Below, piece after piece: positions 29,401-40,031 of a stretch of DNA of 64,000 nt. The position numbers were made by a program, and so were the translations under genes. Where the stretch lies: contig CM000433.1 of assembly GCA_000165345.1 (NCBI GenBank), positions 288,001 to 352,000 of the forward strand, read 5' to 3'. Within the stretch, counting starts at the first letter, position 1. Every line of letters begins with the position of its first letter. The notes under the pieces were generated by a model that did not search any database, was not told where the DNA came from, and saw only the letters and a program-made list of their open reading frames with translations.

Positions 29401-31303
29401 TCAAAAGTTGGCGAGACAACTGATTGTTATAGAGAAGGTTGTTGATAAACGACTTGCAGATTTAAATGAAATGTGGGATAGTACCTACTCGATTGAATAT
29501 TCAATTCAATGGGAGCTAAGAATAAAGGATATGCAGGACACTTATCTATATTTAAACAATGAATATAATAAAAATGCAGAGTTTATTGCAAGGCAACAGC
29601 TTCGTCAATCTCAGCTTCAAATAGGTAATCCTCAGTATCAACAGTTATTAAGTGAGACAAATCAATCAATAGAGATTGCTACTGATGAAATGAAAAAGTT
29701 ATTGAAATTAATGAACGAGCTGAGGCAGAAGAGAAATGAACTAGATACACTTGTTGAATCAGATTTATCAAGAAATTATGCGGAAAAAATAAATACTCTA
29801 AGGAGAAATTCAAAATTATTAGAGGACAATATAAGCAACGATATTAGTATTTTGCAGAAAAAAAATGAAATTTCTCAATTACAACTTAATAGGGACATAA
29901 AATATTTTGAGATTACAAATATGAGATCAGCTCTTTCTGAAAGGCAGAAAAAGAGCGAGGGGCTCATCGAGGCAAATATGTGGCTAAATACCAAGAATGA
30001 GCAATTATTTTCTGACTTTGAATCTAAGTTAAATGATGATTTGAGTTCTTTGACATACTCCTTTGAAAAGCCTGAAAAACATGGAGCATATTTAGCTTCA
30101 GAAGAAATTCCAAACGAAGCATTATCGGAGCTTAATAAATATAAAGAGCAACTCAAGATTAGTTTATTTAACGTAATGTTCTATAATGAGAACATAAATG
30201 ATAATGACATGCAACATATAAGTCAATTTGAATCAATGGATTCAAATATATTGGCTTATAAAGAGATATTTGAATCAGAAGGTGAAATAGATGATGGAAC
30301 ATTGTATGGTGAATTGAGTACTCTGGAGTGGAATATCATTCAATCTAGATGGGAGCTACTTAAGATGAAACATTTTTATATAGAAAAAAAAGAAAAAATA
30401 TTGATGGAGTGCGCAGAAATGAGAAACTCCTTAGACGAATTAATGCTGCAAAAGTATGGGATGATACCTATTACGAAGTCAAAAAATGTTCCCAGCAAAG
30501 CAAGCATTTTGGCTATGAAAGGAATAGGTATTAATCTAGGCGATGAGCTGGGAGTTTCTGATGAGAGCAATAACCTTAGCTATGATAGTAAAGTTCTTAA
30601 ACTTGTGCAAAAAAGACTCGAAGATGCAAACTCCGTGTTCGAACAAGAGCTTTCGAATAGATTGAGTATTCTAGATGAAAAAATAAGAGAAGGGAGAATA
30701 AGATTACATGAAGCTGCAAGAGAAGTTGTCTCAAATTGGGAGTTGCAACAGTCAACAGCTTCATTTAGATTTGCTTCTCCTCAAAATAAAGACAGAATGA
30801 GAGAAGCATTTGTAAGAGAGCGTGATAAGGTGACAAAAGATGAAATTAAAAAAACGATACCGATAAAACTAGAAAAACATATATTGCTTCAGCAACAAAA
30901 GGATCGTGCGTTACAATTCAAACGTGACATAGATTGGATACATACGCCTGGAAGGGTAGCGAGCCAATTAATGAAATTTGAACAAAAAATTAGAATTTTC
31001 CAGAAAAAAAGACATGATCACTATGAGCGAACCTTGAGGTTTCTTACATTTCAAGCAGAGCAAGTCGATCGAATCAAACAAATCGATGAAGAACTGAATG
31101 CCGATGAAACAAATAGTTCAAGGTCCAATGGACTTGGTATTCCACAAATCAATATTCAAGAACTAAGGAGAGAAAGAGAGAAACTAGAATCAGATCTTGC
31201 TCAAAAAAGGAGAGAGTATCAACTGCAACTTTCTAGTTTTCAAAATGAAAGAGATGCACTTTATGACGTGTCAAAAAATCTTAAAGATGATGAAAATAGT
31301 TAG
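26498..31303 (+). CDS. Large (1601 aa) signal-peptide-bearing protein with a roughly 500-aa N-terminal region and a roughly 1000-aa Glu/Lys/Leu/Gln-rich coiled-coil C-terminal region
   Basis: Uninterrupted ORF. N-terminus MKITFLVLFFGCVFVSVYSG is a typical signal peptide. The long heptad-like, charged-residue-rich C-terminal two-thirds predicts extended coiled coil. Family unknown. Confidence 0.6.
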   Translation: MKITFLVLFFGCVFVSVYSGEEKAFDNTKTQWDFILSAIKSYPNIKCKNLPKEVPGGFYSHGETKFFPETNEKIRILTENCVGALSSLLELHLPRSQRKYSFKFSDINEVDKTLKSFCSDTASRYFSFSGFIQSIKTENPIGTKSMGGRADRNLLNSSEDSFSKCEGINNQIPLRKKNIFFQGKTTKEKKFSANQLGFSKTPSELTTEGLEYNASEYEQFESEGTPISKYKTPKVLTTILKSVLDESKEDLPALEITISQLPKQVQNRVLTFFRSKDVDGIVESLNKLPRQIVESFINSIELEKKQIKFQLGSNSEQLEFSIPLFEDEWRAIIDFMSDPSSPIQYEKKINPYEQIKIPKEFKYSNGVLKKFIQYCRRGIRSLAYERYISEDGVTYYSYNENNLNGILIAGNDSDHRKEQVEAFCYMVFEKLYGKKEKEMMNKRHLKALEIKKSWEDGGVKGAVIDQLLKGFSDEINDERLQWLFLVESASIPNPLVYSTDLPKHTIPISFTSKPTDAATEITGKIRSFVYNCRNALMTLGVEKFPGTKSPLNKVHLGLDKVQGLIKFCKSVAHRYMGRLVEWFNIIQASLDDDIIKLIDMKNPEFRCPDYYEYEDESKLADNCSKTILMMINENKKAEENRRAKVWKGLKINSQPNHVNHQIRLFCNSVANERPEIRIASVDELSEQGIGGELSSVEEIQGYNKEQQALEIVEERLKTIESKQIEEKANSAYKLDKWNQLQDFMVENRRIREKLDKHSRRQFQKLFEIEDAQKDLLLSLLSEDIINEKKKETIRDLIDKYSSDLLSMRTEWADLLFQISNNNRKITEAEIEIMNFVHQALDYIAISHRIELVNSSTMANMIHWEETLIEKERTYINSKMLEYSSRLDSDQKIQKLKDMHYKRRQLFEKNLYRILPRKLWNRIHSLAAKGLHPLILAKISEKELKERKSLIVKLHEEKNNIIAKYDSEGQKLARQLIVIEKVVDKRLADLNEMWDSTYSIEYSIQWELRIKDMQDTYLYLNNEYNKNAEFIARQQLRQSQLQIGNPQYQQLLSETNQSIEIATDEMKKLLKLMNELRQKRNELDTLVESDLSRNYAEKINTLRRNSKLLEDNISNDISILQKKNEISQLQLNRDIKYFEITNMRSALSERQKKSEGLIEANMWLNTKNEQLFSDFESKLNDDLSSLTYSFEKPEKHGAYLASEEIPNEALSELNKYKEQLKISLFNVMFYNENINDNDMQHISQFESMDSNILAYKEIFESEGEIDDGTLYGELSTLEWNIIQSRWELLKMKHFYIEKKEKILMECAEMRNSLDELMLQKYGMIPITKSKNVPSKASILAMKGIGINLGDELGVSDESNNLSYDSKVLKLVQKRLEDANSVFEQELSNRLSILDEKIREGRIRLHEAAREVVSNWELQQSTASFRFASPQNKDRMREAFVRERDKVTKDEIKKTIPIKLEKHILLQQQKDRALQFKRDIDWIHTPGRVASQLMKFEQKIRIFQKKRHDHYERTLRFLTFQAEQVDRIKQIDEELNADETNSSRSNGLGIPQINIQELRREREKLESDLAQKRREYQLQLSSFQNERDALYDVSKNLKDDENS

Positions 31304-31383
31304 GTAGAATGAACAATATAGCGGCTATAAATCAACATTTAAAATATCTTTTCTTGTTTACACCCGTTCTGTGAAAGTTAAAA

Positions 31384-32532
31384 TTAACTGCCCATTGATA
31401 TTTTACATATCTGTTCTATTTTCTCTCTTTGATAAACTTCCCTCATTAGCGCAGGATTCTCAGATTTTATTATTTCTATACATTTTTGAACTAACTCTCT
31501 CCCGTTTGGTAAATATTGGGTTGAGATCTTTACTGCCATCTTCTTAGTGAAAATAAGGCTGTTGAACAATGAATACTCTTTTTTCTTAATTGCATCAATA
31601 CTTTTCACAATGTTCAAATACCTCATTTTGATTTCTGTACCGCTTACTTTAATTTCAGGAACTTTAGGTAGATCAGTTATCTGAATTGCTTTTGGTAGAA
31701 TATCTGAATTTCCCCGTATGGATTGAATATTTTCTTTAATAAAACTAATAATTTTTGATATATGATGATCCCAAGATTGCATTTCAATAAAATAATTATT
31801 TTTTATTACATTTTTGCAGATTATTTCAAATATTCCCTTGCTAATTTTTTGGGTTAAGAAAAGAGTATCGTGTATATTTGCTTCTGTAAAGAGATTTACA
31901 CACTCATCATACTTTAGTGGGTCAATTAGTAACTTCGGATGTAATTTGAGCTTGAAGTCTATTTTTTTCTGAAATTGATTGTTAATTTCGTTTATTAATG
32001 CATATAAAAATCCATATCTTAATAATCCTATTGCATTTTTTTTTGTACCATTGGGGCCGAAGAGTTTATTAACTAGATTTGCAGGTGAATAATGATTTTC
32101 AGAATCAATAATCCCACTTCTGATTCCGTCAAGAGAGTATTTAAATGATAGTTCTCCCAGTATCGCTGTGCTTTTACCCATTATTGGCGAGATCAATAAA
32201 TTTGAAAATGTAACTAGATTTTCACTTAACTCTGAACTACCATCGTAGTGTGGAGGATCTGTAAGATTAAAGTTTGAACGTTCATTCGTTTCTTGGTTTA
32301 TATTTATGCTATTTTCAATGCTGTTTAGTAAGCCACTATTAATAAAACTACTACTTGCTTCTGAACTCAATATTGTACTTTGGTATTCGTTTTTATTTTG
32401 CTCATACAAATCGAAAGTGCGACTATCAAGAATGTTTGGGGATTCTATGAAGTTTGAGAGATCATTTGCTCCAAAAACTCTATTTATTCCCAAAATGCAG
32501 TAACACAAAAACACAAATTTAGCAAATTCCAT
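31384..32532 (-). CDS. Secreted hypothetical protein (382 aa)
   Basis: ORF with signal peptide MEFAKFVFLCYCILGINRVFG. No recognisable domain. Confidence 0.5.
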   Translation of the reverse strand: MEFAKFVFLCYCILGINRVFGANDLSNFIESPNILDSRTFDLYEQNKNEYQSTILSSEASSSFINSGLLNSIENSININQETNERSNFNLTDPPHYDGSSELSENLVTFSNLLISPIMGKSTAILGELSFKYSLDGIRSGIIDSENHYSPANLVNKLFGPNGTKKNAIGLLRYGFLYALINEINNQFQKKIDFKLKLHPKLLIDPLKYDECVNLFTEANIHDTLFLTQKISKGIFEIICKNVIKNNYFIEMQSWDHHISKIISFIKENIQSIRGNSDILPKAIQITDLPKVPEIKVSGTEIKMRYLNIVKSIDAIKKKEYSLFNSLIFTKKMAVKISTQYLPNGRELVQKCIEIIKSENPALMREVYQREKIEQICKISMGS

Positions 32533-32568
32533 TTTATAGTAATCAATTTATAGATGCATTTCTTAAGT

Positions 32569-32585
32569 ACAAGGCGCCATTATGG
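32569..32585. promoter_or_regulatory. E2F-like motif ACAAGGCGCCATTATGG about 40 bp upstream of the minus-strand ATG at 32532
   Basis: It contains the GGCGCC palindromic core in an otherwise AT-rich divergent intergenic region (32533..32825). Confidence 0.3.
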
Positions 32586-32732
32586 TAAATTTTACTTAGG
32601 GCAAGTGAAATAAATTCATCAAGGTATTAAAATTAGGTAATAACAAATCGATACTAACGGAGATTTAATTTGAAAAAAAACTATCATTTCAAGACAGTAA
32701 TAACAAATTAATTATTGCACAAACGCATACTG

Positions 32733-32747
32733 TTTGGCGGTATTTTT
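32733..32747 (+). promoter_or_regulatory. E2F-like motif TTTGGCGGTATTTTT about 80 bp upstream of ATG 32826
   Basis: Same motif class as 35995..36008 and 47827..47839. Confidence 0.3.
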
Positions 32748-32825
32748 ATGCGTTTTTGGGTGTAGTTAAATTTTGATTAATACTAGTGGCAAATCAATTT
32801 AAGATGAAAAGTTTCATTCAAAGTT

Positions 32826-34973
32826 ATGAAAAATAATGTGAGGATACTATTATTAACTACATGCATTAAATTTTTATTATCTATTTATCTTGGAGAATCT
32901 TTAAAAGTACTACCTACAAATACCACCGATGAAAGAGATACTTCAAAAAAGAGTTCTACTCTATTACTCCTATATGATGTTGACAATGTCATCCTAAAAC
33001 ATGTGGGCCCAGGAAAAACCTATATTAATCCGGAAATAGTGCCATTGCTTGCATCCATGTATAATTTACGTAAATCGAATGATCCCAGAATACTTTTACC
33101 TAGGATTTTTTCCCATGGATGCGGTACTGCAGCAAAACTTTCCGAAAGCAAATTAGCCAAGCCAAGAATATTTGATTCCAACCAGAACTTAGATAACAAT
33201 TATGATTTTCATAGCTTTTCAACCAAAATCTATGATATTGGAGATGCATACTTATTTAATGGAGTTTATTACCTTAAAAAATATGGGCAGTCAGAAACTA
33301 TTCACCATCCAATCGATATATTTAAAATCTTTTTTGCAGATGAAAATGAATTGGAGACAGGGATCCCATCTATTATCCCATTTAATCGGGTTTTGGAGAG
33401 AAAATCAATATACTTTGATAGTATAACTTCAGGGCTTAATAGCCAAGAATCATTATTTTTTAAAAAGTATATCCAAAAGGCTAAAAGAACAATCGAGGGA
33501 CGGCCTTTCCTTTTAGATTTCGTTCATAATGGTATGGATGAAGCACAGGGGAAAACTTTTTTAAAAAAACTATTCACAAAAATTTCTTCTTTCCCCAAAG
33601 TTTGGCCACTTCATCTAAGAAGTGAAGAACTACCTTTTATCAAAGACCTTGTTAAATATCGTAGTTATATAAATGGGAATATTCAATTCGGAACTACTAT
33701 CTTGCTACTTGATGATTTGGTAGCTCACTTTAATTTTGGGTGTGTTCATGAACACTTTAGTGAAGAATACAAAGTATTCATAATTGTTATCAAAAAATTC
33801 ATTCCAAATAGCGACCAAGAAAATTTATCACGAGAATTTCAAAAATCAATCCCTGTTCCTATTGGTACAACCCCATACAGCCCATTTGATATTAGAGAAG
33901 TAAATGTAAAAATGAATAAAATACTTCAACACTTCCCAGTTGATACTCATCCAGATCATTTCTATAGGGAGATTCGAAATGAGTTTGTTTATGATAGCCC
34001 TACTTACCCTAAATGCGGCTATGACATTTCAAAGCCCTTTCCGTTTTATTTTTTAGTCATAGTGGAGTGTGATATCTTGTACAATTTAATAAAACTATTT
34101 ATAGATGATCGGATGGCAGAAGAAGTTACATATTTATTAAATATAGCGTCATATATTGCAGTGATTACTGGTAGAAAATCCTGCGAATATGCATTTTCAA
34201 TGGTTAAACATCTCATTGCATCAGGATTTTATCAGTGGTCCGATAAAATCATGCCACTTGCAATGATAAAAGGAAGAAATACAGATGATAGCAGCGAATT
34301 CTCACCACCATTTTCTCAATATCTAAAAAAGAGCATTAAAGACTCCACCCAGAATTCAAACCAGGACAGACACATTTTCATGTCAAAACTCTATTCCAGG
34401 ATGCCAAGAAGTAGAACGATGGTCCTAAGACTTGATTATCACGGAGATCCAAGTGCAACTCAGTATTCTGATTATACGTGTTTCCTGAATGCACCTCCTA
34501 ATAGAAAAGAGCTCATCAACTTTCCATCAAAGTCTACCAAATATAGGCAACTACTAAACCTTCAATCTGACTCTAAGCTATCAAAGTTTTTTGGAGTACC
34601 GCCAAATGGGGAGATAAAGACTATCATCATACTCCAGAAACTAATAGCAGTATTCAATAAGGTGGATGGCGTGTTGGAATCAACCATGAAAGCATCAAAG
34701 AATACGACAGATAACGCAGAAAATAGCTACCAGCCTCCAAACGCCATACAATTCGATGAAGAGTACGTAAACCCCGCAGATGAAGGTATAGATGCAGAGC
34801 ACATTCTTACACAGATTACTCCACCAAAGACAAGTGGGCACAGACACCCAGCGCCTCCTACCGTCTACCCCCAAGCCTCGTATTCATTCTTATCAATTTT
34901 TTATACTATCGTAGAAGCTCTAAAAGTTCAATTCCCAAAAGAATATAAATTCTGTGTAGGCTCAGTAAACTAA
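32826..34973 (+). CDS. Secreted hypothetical protein (715 aa)
   Basis: ORF with signal peptide MKNNVRILLLTTCIKFLLSIYLG. No recognisable domain. Confidence 0.5.
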   Translation: MKNNVRILLLTTCIKFLLSIYLGESLKVLPTNTTDERDTSKKSSTLLLLYDVDNVILKHVGPGKTYINPEIVPLLASMYNLRKSNDPRILLPRIFSHGCGTAAKLSESKLAKPRIFDSNQNLDNNYDFHSFSTKIYDIGDAYLFNGVYYLKKYGQSETIHHPIDIFKIFFADENELETGIPSIIPFNRVLERKSIYFDSITSGLNSQESLFFKKYIQKAKRTIEGRPFLLDFVHNGMDEAQGKTFLKKLFTKISSFPKVWPLHLRSEELPFIKDLVKYRSYINGNIQFGTTILLLDDLVAHFNFGCVHEHFSEEYKVFIIVIKKFIPNSDQENLSREFQKSIPVPIGTTPYSPFDIREVNVKMNKILQHFPVDTHPDHFYREIRNEFVYDSPTYPKCGYDISKPFPFYFLVIVECDILYNLIKLFIDDRMAEEVTYLLNIASYIAVITGRKSCEYAFSMVKHLIASGFYQWSDKIMPLAMIKGRNTDDSSEFSPPFSQYLKKSIKDSTQNSNQDRHIFMSKLYSRMPRSRTMVLRLDYHGDPSATQYSDYTCFLNAPPNRKELINFPSKSTKYRQLLNLQSDSKLSKFFGVPPNGEIKTIIILQKLIAVFNKVDGVLESTMKASKNTTDNAENSYQPPNAIQFDEEYVNPADEGIDAEHILTQITPPKTSGHRHPAPPTVYPQASYSFLSIFYTIVEALKVQFPKEYKFCVGSVN

Positions 34974-35035
34974 ACAATTTGCAAACTAATAAAACCCCTG
35001 TTTGACAGTCAGCGAATTAAATTACATAACTAGAT

Positions 35036-35704
35036 CTACTCAAAATACACAAACTGGTCTATTGCTCTTTGATATGAGTAAATTTCATCTGGGCTGAACC
35101 AGAGGAAGATTTCAAGATTGGCATTCTCAACTGAATCAGATGCGTGAATAAGATTTCTCTCAGTTTGCATTCCAAATTGTGCGCGTAAGGTCCCCATCTC
35201 TGATTTCTTTGGATCTGTAGAACCCATAAATCTACGGAACTCTGATATTACGTTCAAACCTTCAAGCACCATTGCAACAATTGGTTGATTGGTTGTTCTA
35301 GAAACTAAACTTTCAAAAAACGGCTTTCCTGCATGATCGGAATAATGAGCTTCGATCTGCTGAGCAGTAGCAACCAAAAATTTCATTGCAGCAATCTTAA
35401 AGCCTTTGCGCTCGATTTGGGAGAGGATCTCTCCAATGAGACCTCTATGAGTAACTTCTGGTTTGAATAACACTAAAGTTCTCTCAGCAAATGGATTCGT
35501 GGATTGTGGGCTAGTTTCCGCTACGGTTTCTACAGCAGTTTCATTGGTAGATGTTTGTTCTTGAGTATCAGAAACCAAATCTTCACTTGATAATGACGAT
35601 TCAGTCGAGTTGCTAGGGGCAGGAACTTCTTCTGAGTGAGAGCTTCCAACAAAAATTGAGCAAAGTAAGTACAAGAATGTTAAAAACAACAAACTCTTCT
35701 GCAT
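35036..35704 (-). CDS. Nucleoside diphosphate kinase with an N-terminal signal peptide and an acidic Ser/Thr-rich extension
   Basis: The C-terminal 150 aa match the NDK fold and active-site region throughout ('LVLFKPEVTHRGLIGEILSQIERKGFKIAAMKF...PFFESLV...PIVAMVLEGLNVISEFRRFMGSTDP...GTLRAQFG...RNLIHASDSVENANLEIFLWF'). The N-terminus MQKSLLFLTFLYLLCSIFVGSSHS is a signal peptide. Confidence 0.85.
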   Translation of the reverse strand: MQKSLLFLTFLYLLCSIFVGSSHSEEVPAPSNSTESSLSSEDLVSDTQEQTSTNETAVETVAETSPQSTNPFAERTLVLFKPEVTHRGLIGEILSQIERKGFKIAAMKFLVATAQQIEAHYSDHAGKPFFESLVSRTTNQPIVAMVLEGLNVISEFRRFMGSTDPKKSEMGTLRAQFGMQTERNLIHASDSVENANLEIFLWFSPDEIYSYQRAIDQFVYFE

Positions 35705-35994
35705 TGTAACTAAACCAAAAAAATGAGAGGCTCCGTAACAATTTATCCACTAAATTAGAGAGCGGAAAAGTTTGAGACACAGGATATATTTAGTTTGTGA
35801 AAAGCGGTACATACTGCTACCGCGCTTAAAGCTGATTGCATTAATATTTGTGATTAAATAATTTGCATAGTAAAATGTTACATTTAAGCGATGTTATTTC
35901 CTTACTATTAGCGTCGAACTTCCATCTGTCTGATTGCATTCCTCTATGCATTAAACTTTTTATATTTTTCATAGTCAGTTTTATGATCTAAATA

Positions 35995-36008
35995 TTTTGG
36001 CGGCAAAA
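35995..36008 (+). promoter_or_regulatory. E2F-like motif TTTTGGCGGCAAAA about 50 bp upstream of ATG 36059
   Basis: Near-consensus TTTSGCGCSAAA-type element. It is the only GC-rich island between the NDK gene and the giant Cys-repeat gene. Confidence 0.4.
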
Positions 36009-36058
36009 CACATGCTTTTATATTTTTTGTTGACCTTTGCCAATGAGCACAATCTAAC

Positions 36059-39000
36059 ATGCATTCTATAACAATTACAGTATTATTTTGTTTACTAATT
36101 CTGTGCTTTAATAGTGTTCTAATCTTCTGTAATAGTTCATTGGAATCCATTCCCAGATTTCAGCTTGAAGATTTACAACTTGATCCAGAAAATTTATCTG
36201 AAAATTTTATTCGAACTCAAAATGGTTGGAATAATGGAGGTGAAAAGCTAAAAGATGAACAACTAAGTATTCTTCCTGGATATATGAGAGAAATTACTGG
36301 CTCTAGTTCGTCTTGCCCTGCTTCTAGATCATGTAATGTTAATAGGAGTGATGTAGATGAATTAGCTGAACGTGTATTTATTCTCCAATCAGAAATATCT
36401 GAACTTTCAGTCGACTTATCTTGGTATAAAGTTTGTGCATTTTCTATTTCAATTATTGATACGAAAACATCTTTTATGAGCCATTGCAGAAGTTCTGGAA
36501 TTTCATTTTTACTTTCAAGACCTGTCACTAAACTGTTGGAGCAATCAATTGTTAGGTTATGCCGCAATATGCCACAATATTCTACGTGCAATGGAGTTGA
36601 CTTAGCACTTGACTCTTTAACTGAAGAGTTGTTTACAGCAACAATACCACATGTCTTGCCAATTGCAAAAAAATCTCTCGCATTTACACACTTTTGTTTT
36701 GTTTCATCAAGAAGTATAAGAGCAAGAACTCGCGAGGAATACTTAGAAATTTGCCAAGATAGTATACTTTTACTTCTAAATTTGCATGAAATGTCGGGAT
36801 CACAAATTACTTCCTCTATTGCTGAACAAATTTGTAAATCTACATGGATATTTAATACAGAATGTAATGGGTTTAGCAATACAAAATTGATATCTGAAAT
36901 CGCGTTTGAAATGTTTGTCTTAATAAGAAAAGAAGGAATTCCAAACATTGATATGAATAATGTTTGTCAATTGCTGACAAAAATTTCTCCCACCCTGCGT
37001 ATACCATCCGATACAAAAACTCCAATTTCAAGTAAAAAGAGATATCTGTATGAGTGCGCAATGTACCTTACTTCAATGATAGAACATGAAAAGTTGGCCA
37101 ATCATTCTGACAATAAATATGAATCAATGGAGAAATTTTATTCTCGTGGGGAAATCGTTAAACGCTTTCATGATATTGCAACTTCAATTTGTACTTCTGT
37201 TTCATTTTATCAAAAAAAGAGTAAAAAGAAGATTTTTATTCCGGGATTTAAAAAAAAGAAGATAATGGAAAAAAAACAGGGTGAGTCGATTCTGGAACTA
37301 TTTATGAATTTGATGCAATCAGTTAAAGCTACGTCTAGAAGAGTGCTTGGTTGGACAATTGAACTACCTTTTCCCGGTAGCGACGAATCAAAAGCAATGC
37401 TCATGTTGGGCTATTCATTAAATACTGTAGATGTTAGATCTATCCAAAATCCACAATATATTAGGATGTTAGCCATTCTGCATTCGAAAAAATACATCTT
37501 ACCAAAAACTGCATACAATATTTGGAGAGATTCTGTACTGTCAATAGGAATTGAAATTTTGCCACCATTCACTCCAAGTCTCACACCTGGAATTATTGCA
37601 AGGCCGGAGAAAGATATAGTTGACTTAAAATTAAATTGTGGAAGCAATAACGAGGATGTTGACGCACTTGCACTTGAATTACTAAGTGTTTCGCATGAAA
37701 ACAATTTAACAAATCTAAAATTTTATCAATTTTGTAAACCATCTGAATCTCTTGTTGGTGTTAGGAGTGAGGATTTCTATTCATCATGTATCGAGGCATT
37801 AAAGTATATACCAGAACTCGATATTCATACAAACAAAATTACAGGAAAATACTTGGCAATTCCACTTCACAAAATTTCAAAACTATGTCAAGATACTCCC
37901 AGATGGGAATCAACTTCATCAGGTCTGTCTTATGCATCTTTAATAATTCAGGATAATTTGAGGAAGAAAGACGAATTTAATAAAACAATGAAACCTTATT
38001 CAAAATTGAGTATGTTAACAGACAGAGATATACACTCATATGTAATAAAGACAGCAGCCAGGTCTGCTCTAGAACGTTCAGCTGCATCTGAACAAATTTG
38101 TAAACAGTTAAAACCAGTATATTCTGAAGAAGATAATAGTTTCCAGTTCAATACCCAAATAGATCCAGATAATCTTCAAAGCATTGCAAATATATTGTTT
38201 AGGAAAGCAGTATCGTTATTAGACGAAGATAAACAACTTGCCCTTTCTCTGTCTGGAAATATAGTAAAAGGGTCAAACCCAGTCACATTCGAATCATTCT
38301 GCTCCCTTGTGCTTGCTCTCTCAAAAGTTGAAAAAAAGTATTTCAATTCTGAATGCGCCAGAAATCTGAGATTGATGTTCAGACAAAAGGTGGTTATTAA
38401 TGGCAATGTAAGACTTGCGACAATTAAATCTAGAACCATTACCAAAATATGTATGTCTTCACCACTGTTTGAAAAATGTGGAAATTACAAAAATAATGAG
38501 ATAGATGAAATATCGTATGATCTATTACTGGGTGCCCAAAAACTAAGATTTACTTCAATTACTTATCGTCATATATGCAGCGTCGTGAAGAACATAAGGA
38601 GAGGAGAAATTAAAAGTTTAATTCCCAAGGGGCAAACAAATAATACAAATATTAGTAGCTTTTTTAATAGCGATTGTATTTATGGGTTAAGAACGCTTTC
38701 GATCGGTGCTAGACATGCAGAAATAATATGCAGTGCAACAAGGTTTTGGGTTATGTGTGGGAGCCATATGGACTCAGAAGTTGATGCACTGGCATCACAA
38801 ATATACTCTGAGGTTGTTCAGAATACTGGCCTTGCAAGGTTCATAACAGTATCTTTATTTGAGTTAGTGGACTTTTGCCCAATTGCTGAAGCTCTATTAC
38901 ATGAAGTGGATTTAAGGTTTTTCAATCGTGAATGTGTAAATGCGCTCGCAGCTATGTCAATAAGTAAGGAATATGGAATGTCAATTTGTCAAAGTTCAAG

Positions 39001-39763
39001 ACATTGGCAGGGTACATGTATTGGAACTTTAGATGAACATTCATCAATCATTGAACAGATAGATCCAATTGCAGGTGCACTATACAAATCCTCACAAGAT
39101 TTGGGATACTTGGATATTTTATTTAGCGACTTTTGCGATTCAGCAAAAGAGCTATTTTCTATCAAAGAAGTTACAGAAACAGGAAAAGTTTTGGAAGGTC
39201 ATGAAACATCAATGTTTCATACTGACTGTCCAAAAATAGTCAGTAATATGCTACATTCATTATCAGAAGAACATTCAATTGGGGTAACAAAGTTCAAAAT
39301 AAATAGTAGGACCATCAGATCTATTTCTTCTGAAAACTTTGAGAAGGCCGAAATGATTTGTCAGAACTTCTTTAATTATTTTGATCCTAACTATGGTGCA
39401 TCTCAAGTAGAAGAATACGATGAAGCAGACTTTAGGAGGAATGAAATAGAAAGGTTTAGTGTGAGAAATCCTGGGGAAAATACCAACCCTAATACTGTTT
39501 TCTTTCATGGCAAGTCATATAACCAAAGAATGGCTGGAAATAGCTACTATGGTAGGCACTATAGATATAATTGGGCTAATTTACTGGGCCAAAAATTCTT
39601 TATACCTAGCAACAGAATTAATGACGAATTTCGTGAAGAAATTCTTGAAAATAATAATCGAGCAGAAGGATACAAAGACTTGCAATATTTACCCTATGGA
39701 ACAAATCTTGAACATATTCAAAATACTGTATATAAGGGAAAGGAATACAATTCAGGGACCTGA
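36059..39763 (+). CDS. Giant (1234 aa) secreted protein built from a recurring Cys-containing module; paralogue of the downstream gene
   Basis: Signal peptide MHSITITVLFCLLILCFNSVLIFC. Repeated motifs are FxxFC-hydrophobic ('FTHFCFVSS', 'FESFCSLVLAL', 'LVDFCPIAEAL'), YFNxxC ('YFNSECARNL', 'FFNRECVNAL') and IC-x5-7-W-x2-C ('AEQICKSTWIFNTEC', 'AEIICSATRFWVMCG', 'MSICQSSRHWQGTC'). Single uninterrupted ORF. Confidence 0.7.
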   Translation: MHSITITVLFCLLILCFNSVLIFCNSSLESIPRFQLEDLQLDPENLSENFIRTQNGWNNGGEKLKDEQLSILPGYMREITGSSSSCPASRSCNVNRSDVDELAERVFILQSEISELSVDLSWYKVCAFSISIIDTKTSFMSHCRSSGISFLLSRPVTKLLEQSIVRLCRNMPQYSTCNGVDLALDSLTEELFTATIPHVLPIAKKSLAFTHFCFVSSRSIRARTREEYLEICQDSILLLLNLHEMSGSQITSSIAEQICKSTWIFNTECNGFSNTKLISEIAFEMFVLIRKEGIPNIDMNNVCQLLTKISPTLRIPSDTKTPISSKKRYLYECAMYLTSMIEHEKLANHSDNKYESMEKFYSRGEIVKRFHDIATSICTSVSFYQKKSKKKIFIPGFKKKKIMEKKQGESILELFMNLMQSVKATSRRVLGWTIELPFPGSDESKAMLMLGYSLNTVDVRSIQNPQYIRMLAILHSKKYILPKTAYNIWRDSVLSIGIEILPPFTPSLTPGIIARPEKDIVDLKLNCGSNNEDVDALALELLSVSHENNLTNLKFYQFCKPSESLVGVRSEDFYSSCIEALKYIPELDIHTNKITGKYLAIPLHKISKLCQDTPRWESTSSGLSYASLIIQDNLRKKDEFNKTMKPYSKLSMLTDRDIHSYVIKTAARSALERSAASEQICKQLKPVYSEEDNSFQFNTQIDPDNLQSIANILFRKAVSLLDEDKQLALSLSGNIVKGSNPVTFESFCSLVLALSKVEKKYFNSECARNLRLMFRQKVVINGNVRLATIKSRTITKICMSSPLFEKCGNYKNNEIDEISYDLLLGAQKLRFTSITYRHICSVVKNIRRGEIKSLIPKGQTNNTNISSFFNSDCIYGLRTLSIGARHAEIICSATRFWVMCGSHMDSEVDALASQIYSEVVQNTGLARFITVSLFELVDFCPIAEALLHEVDLRFFNRECVNALAAMSISKEYGMSICQSSRHWQGTCIGTLDEHSSIIEQIDPIAGALYKSSQDLGYLDILFSDFCDSAKELFSIKEVTETGKVLEGHETSMFHTDCPKIVSNMLHSLSEEHSIGVTKFKINSRTIRSISSENFEKAEMICQNFFNYFDPNYGASQVEEYDEADFRRNEIERFSVRNPGENTNPNTVFFHGKSYNQRMAGNSYYGRHYRYNWANLLGQKFFIPSNRINDEFREEILENNNRAEGYKDLQYLPYGTNLEHIQNTVYKGKEYNSGT

Positions 39764-39893
39764 GCGTGTTAAAAAGAACTAAGGCTTTTATTACAATTAT
39801 TAATTATGGCTGTTTGGCATTTTATATTTGGTTTTTAATAAAATTTTTTTCATCATTTCATTAGCAAAGAAAATATGCCTTAGTTGTGGGGTG

Positions 39894-39905
39894 CTTTGGC
39901 GCTAG
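39894..39905 (+). promoter_or_regulatory. E2F-like motif CTTTGGCGCTAG about 130 bp upstream of ATG 40032
   Basis: TTTGGCGC core in an AT-rich intergenic region. Confidence 0.3.
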
Positions 39906-40031
39906 TTATCTAAGTATCGAAATCACACTTGCATAAGGCTACTATGTAGATTATGAAATACTAAAACTTAATTCTCTTCAGAAAATATAGGTTTATTCAA
40001 ATATTAATAGTTGTTCTATTAATGTATAAAT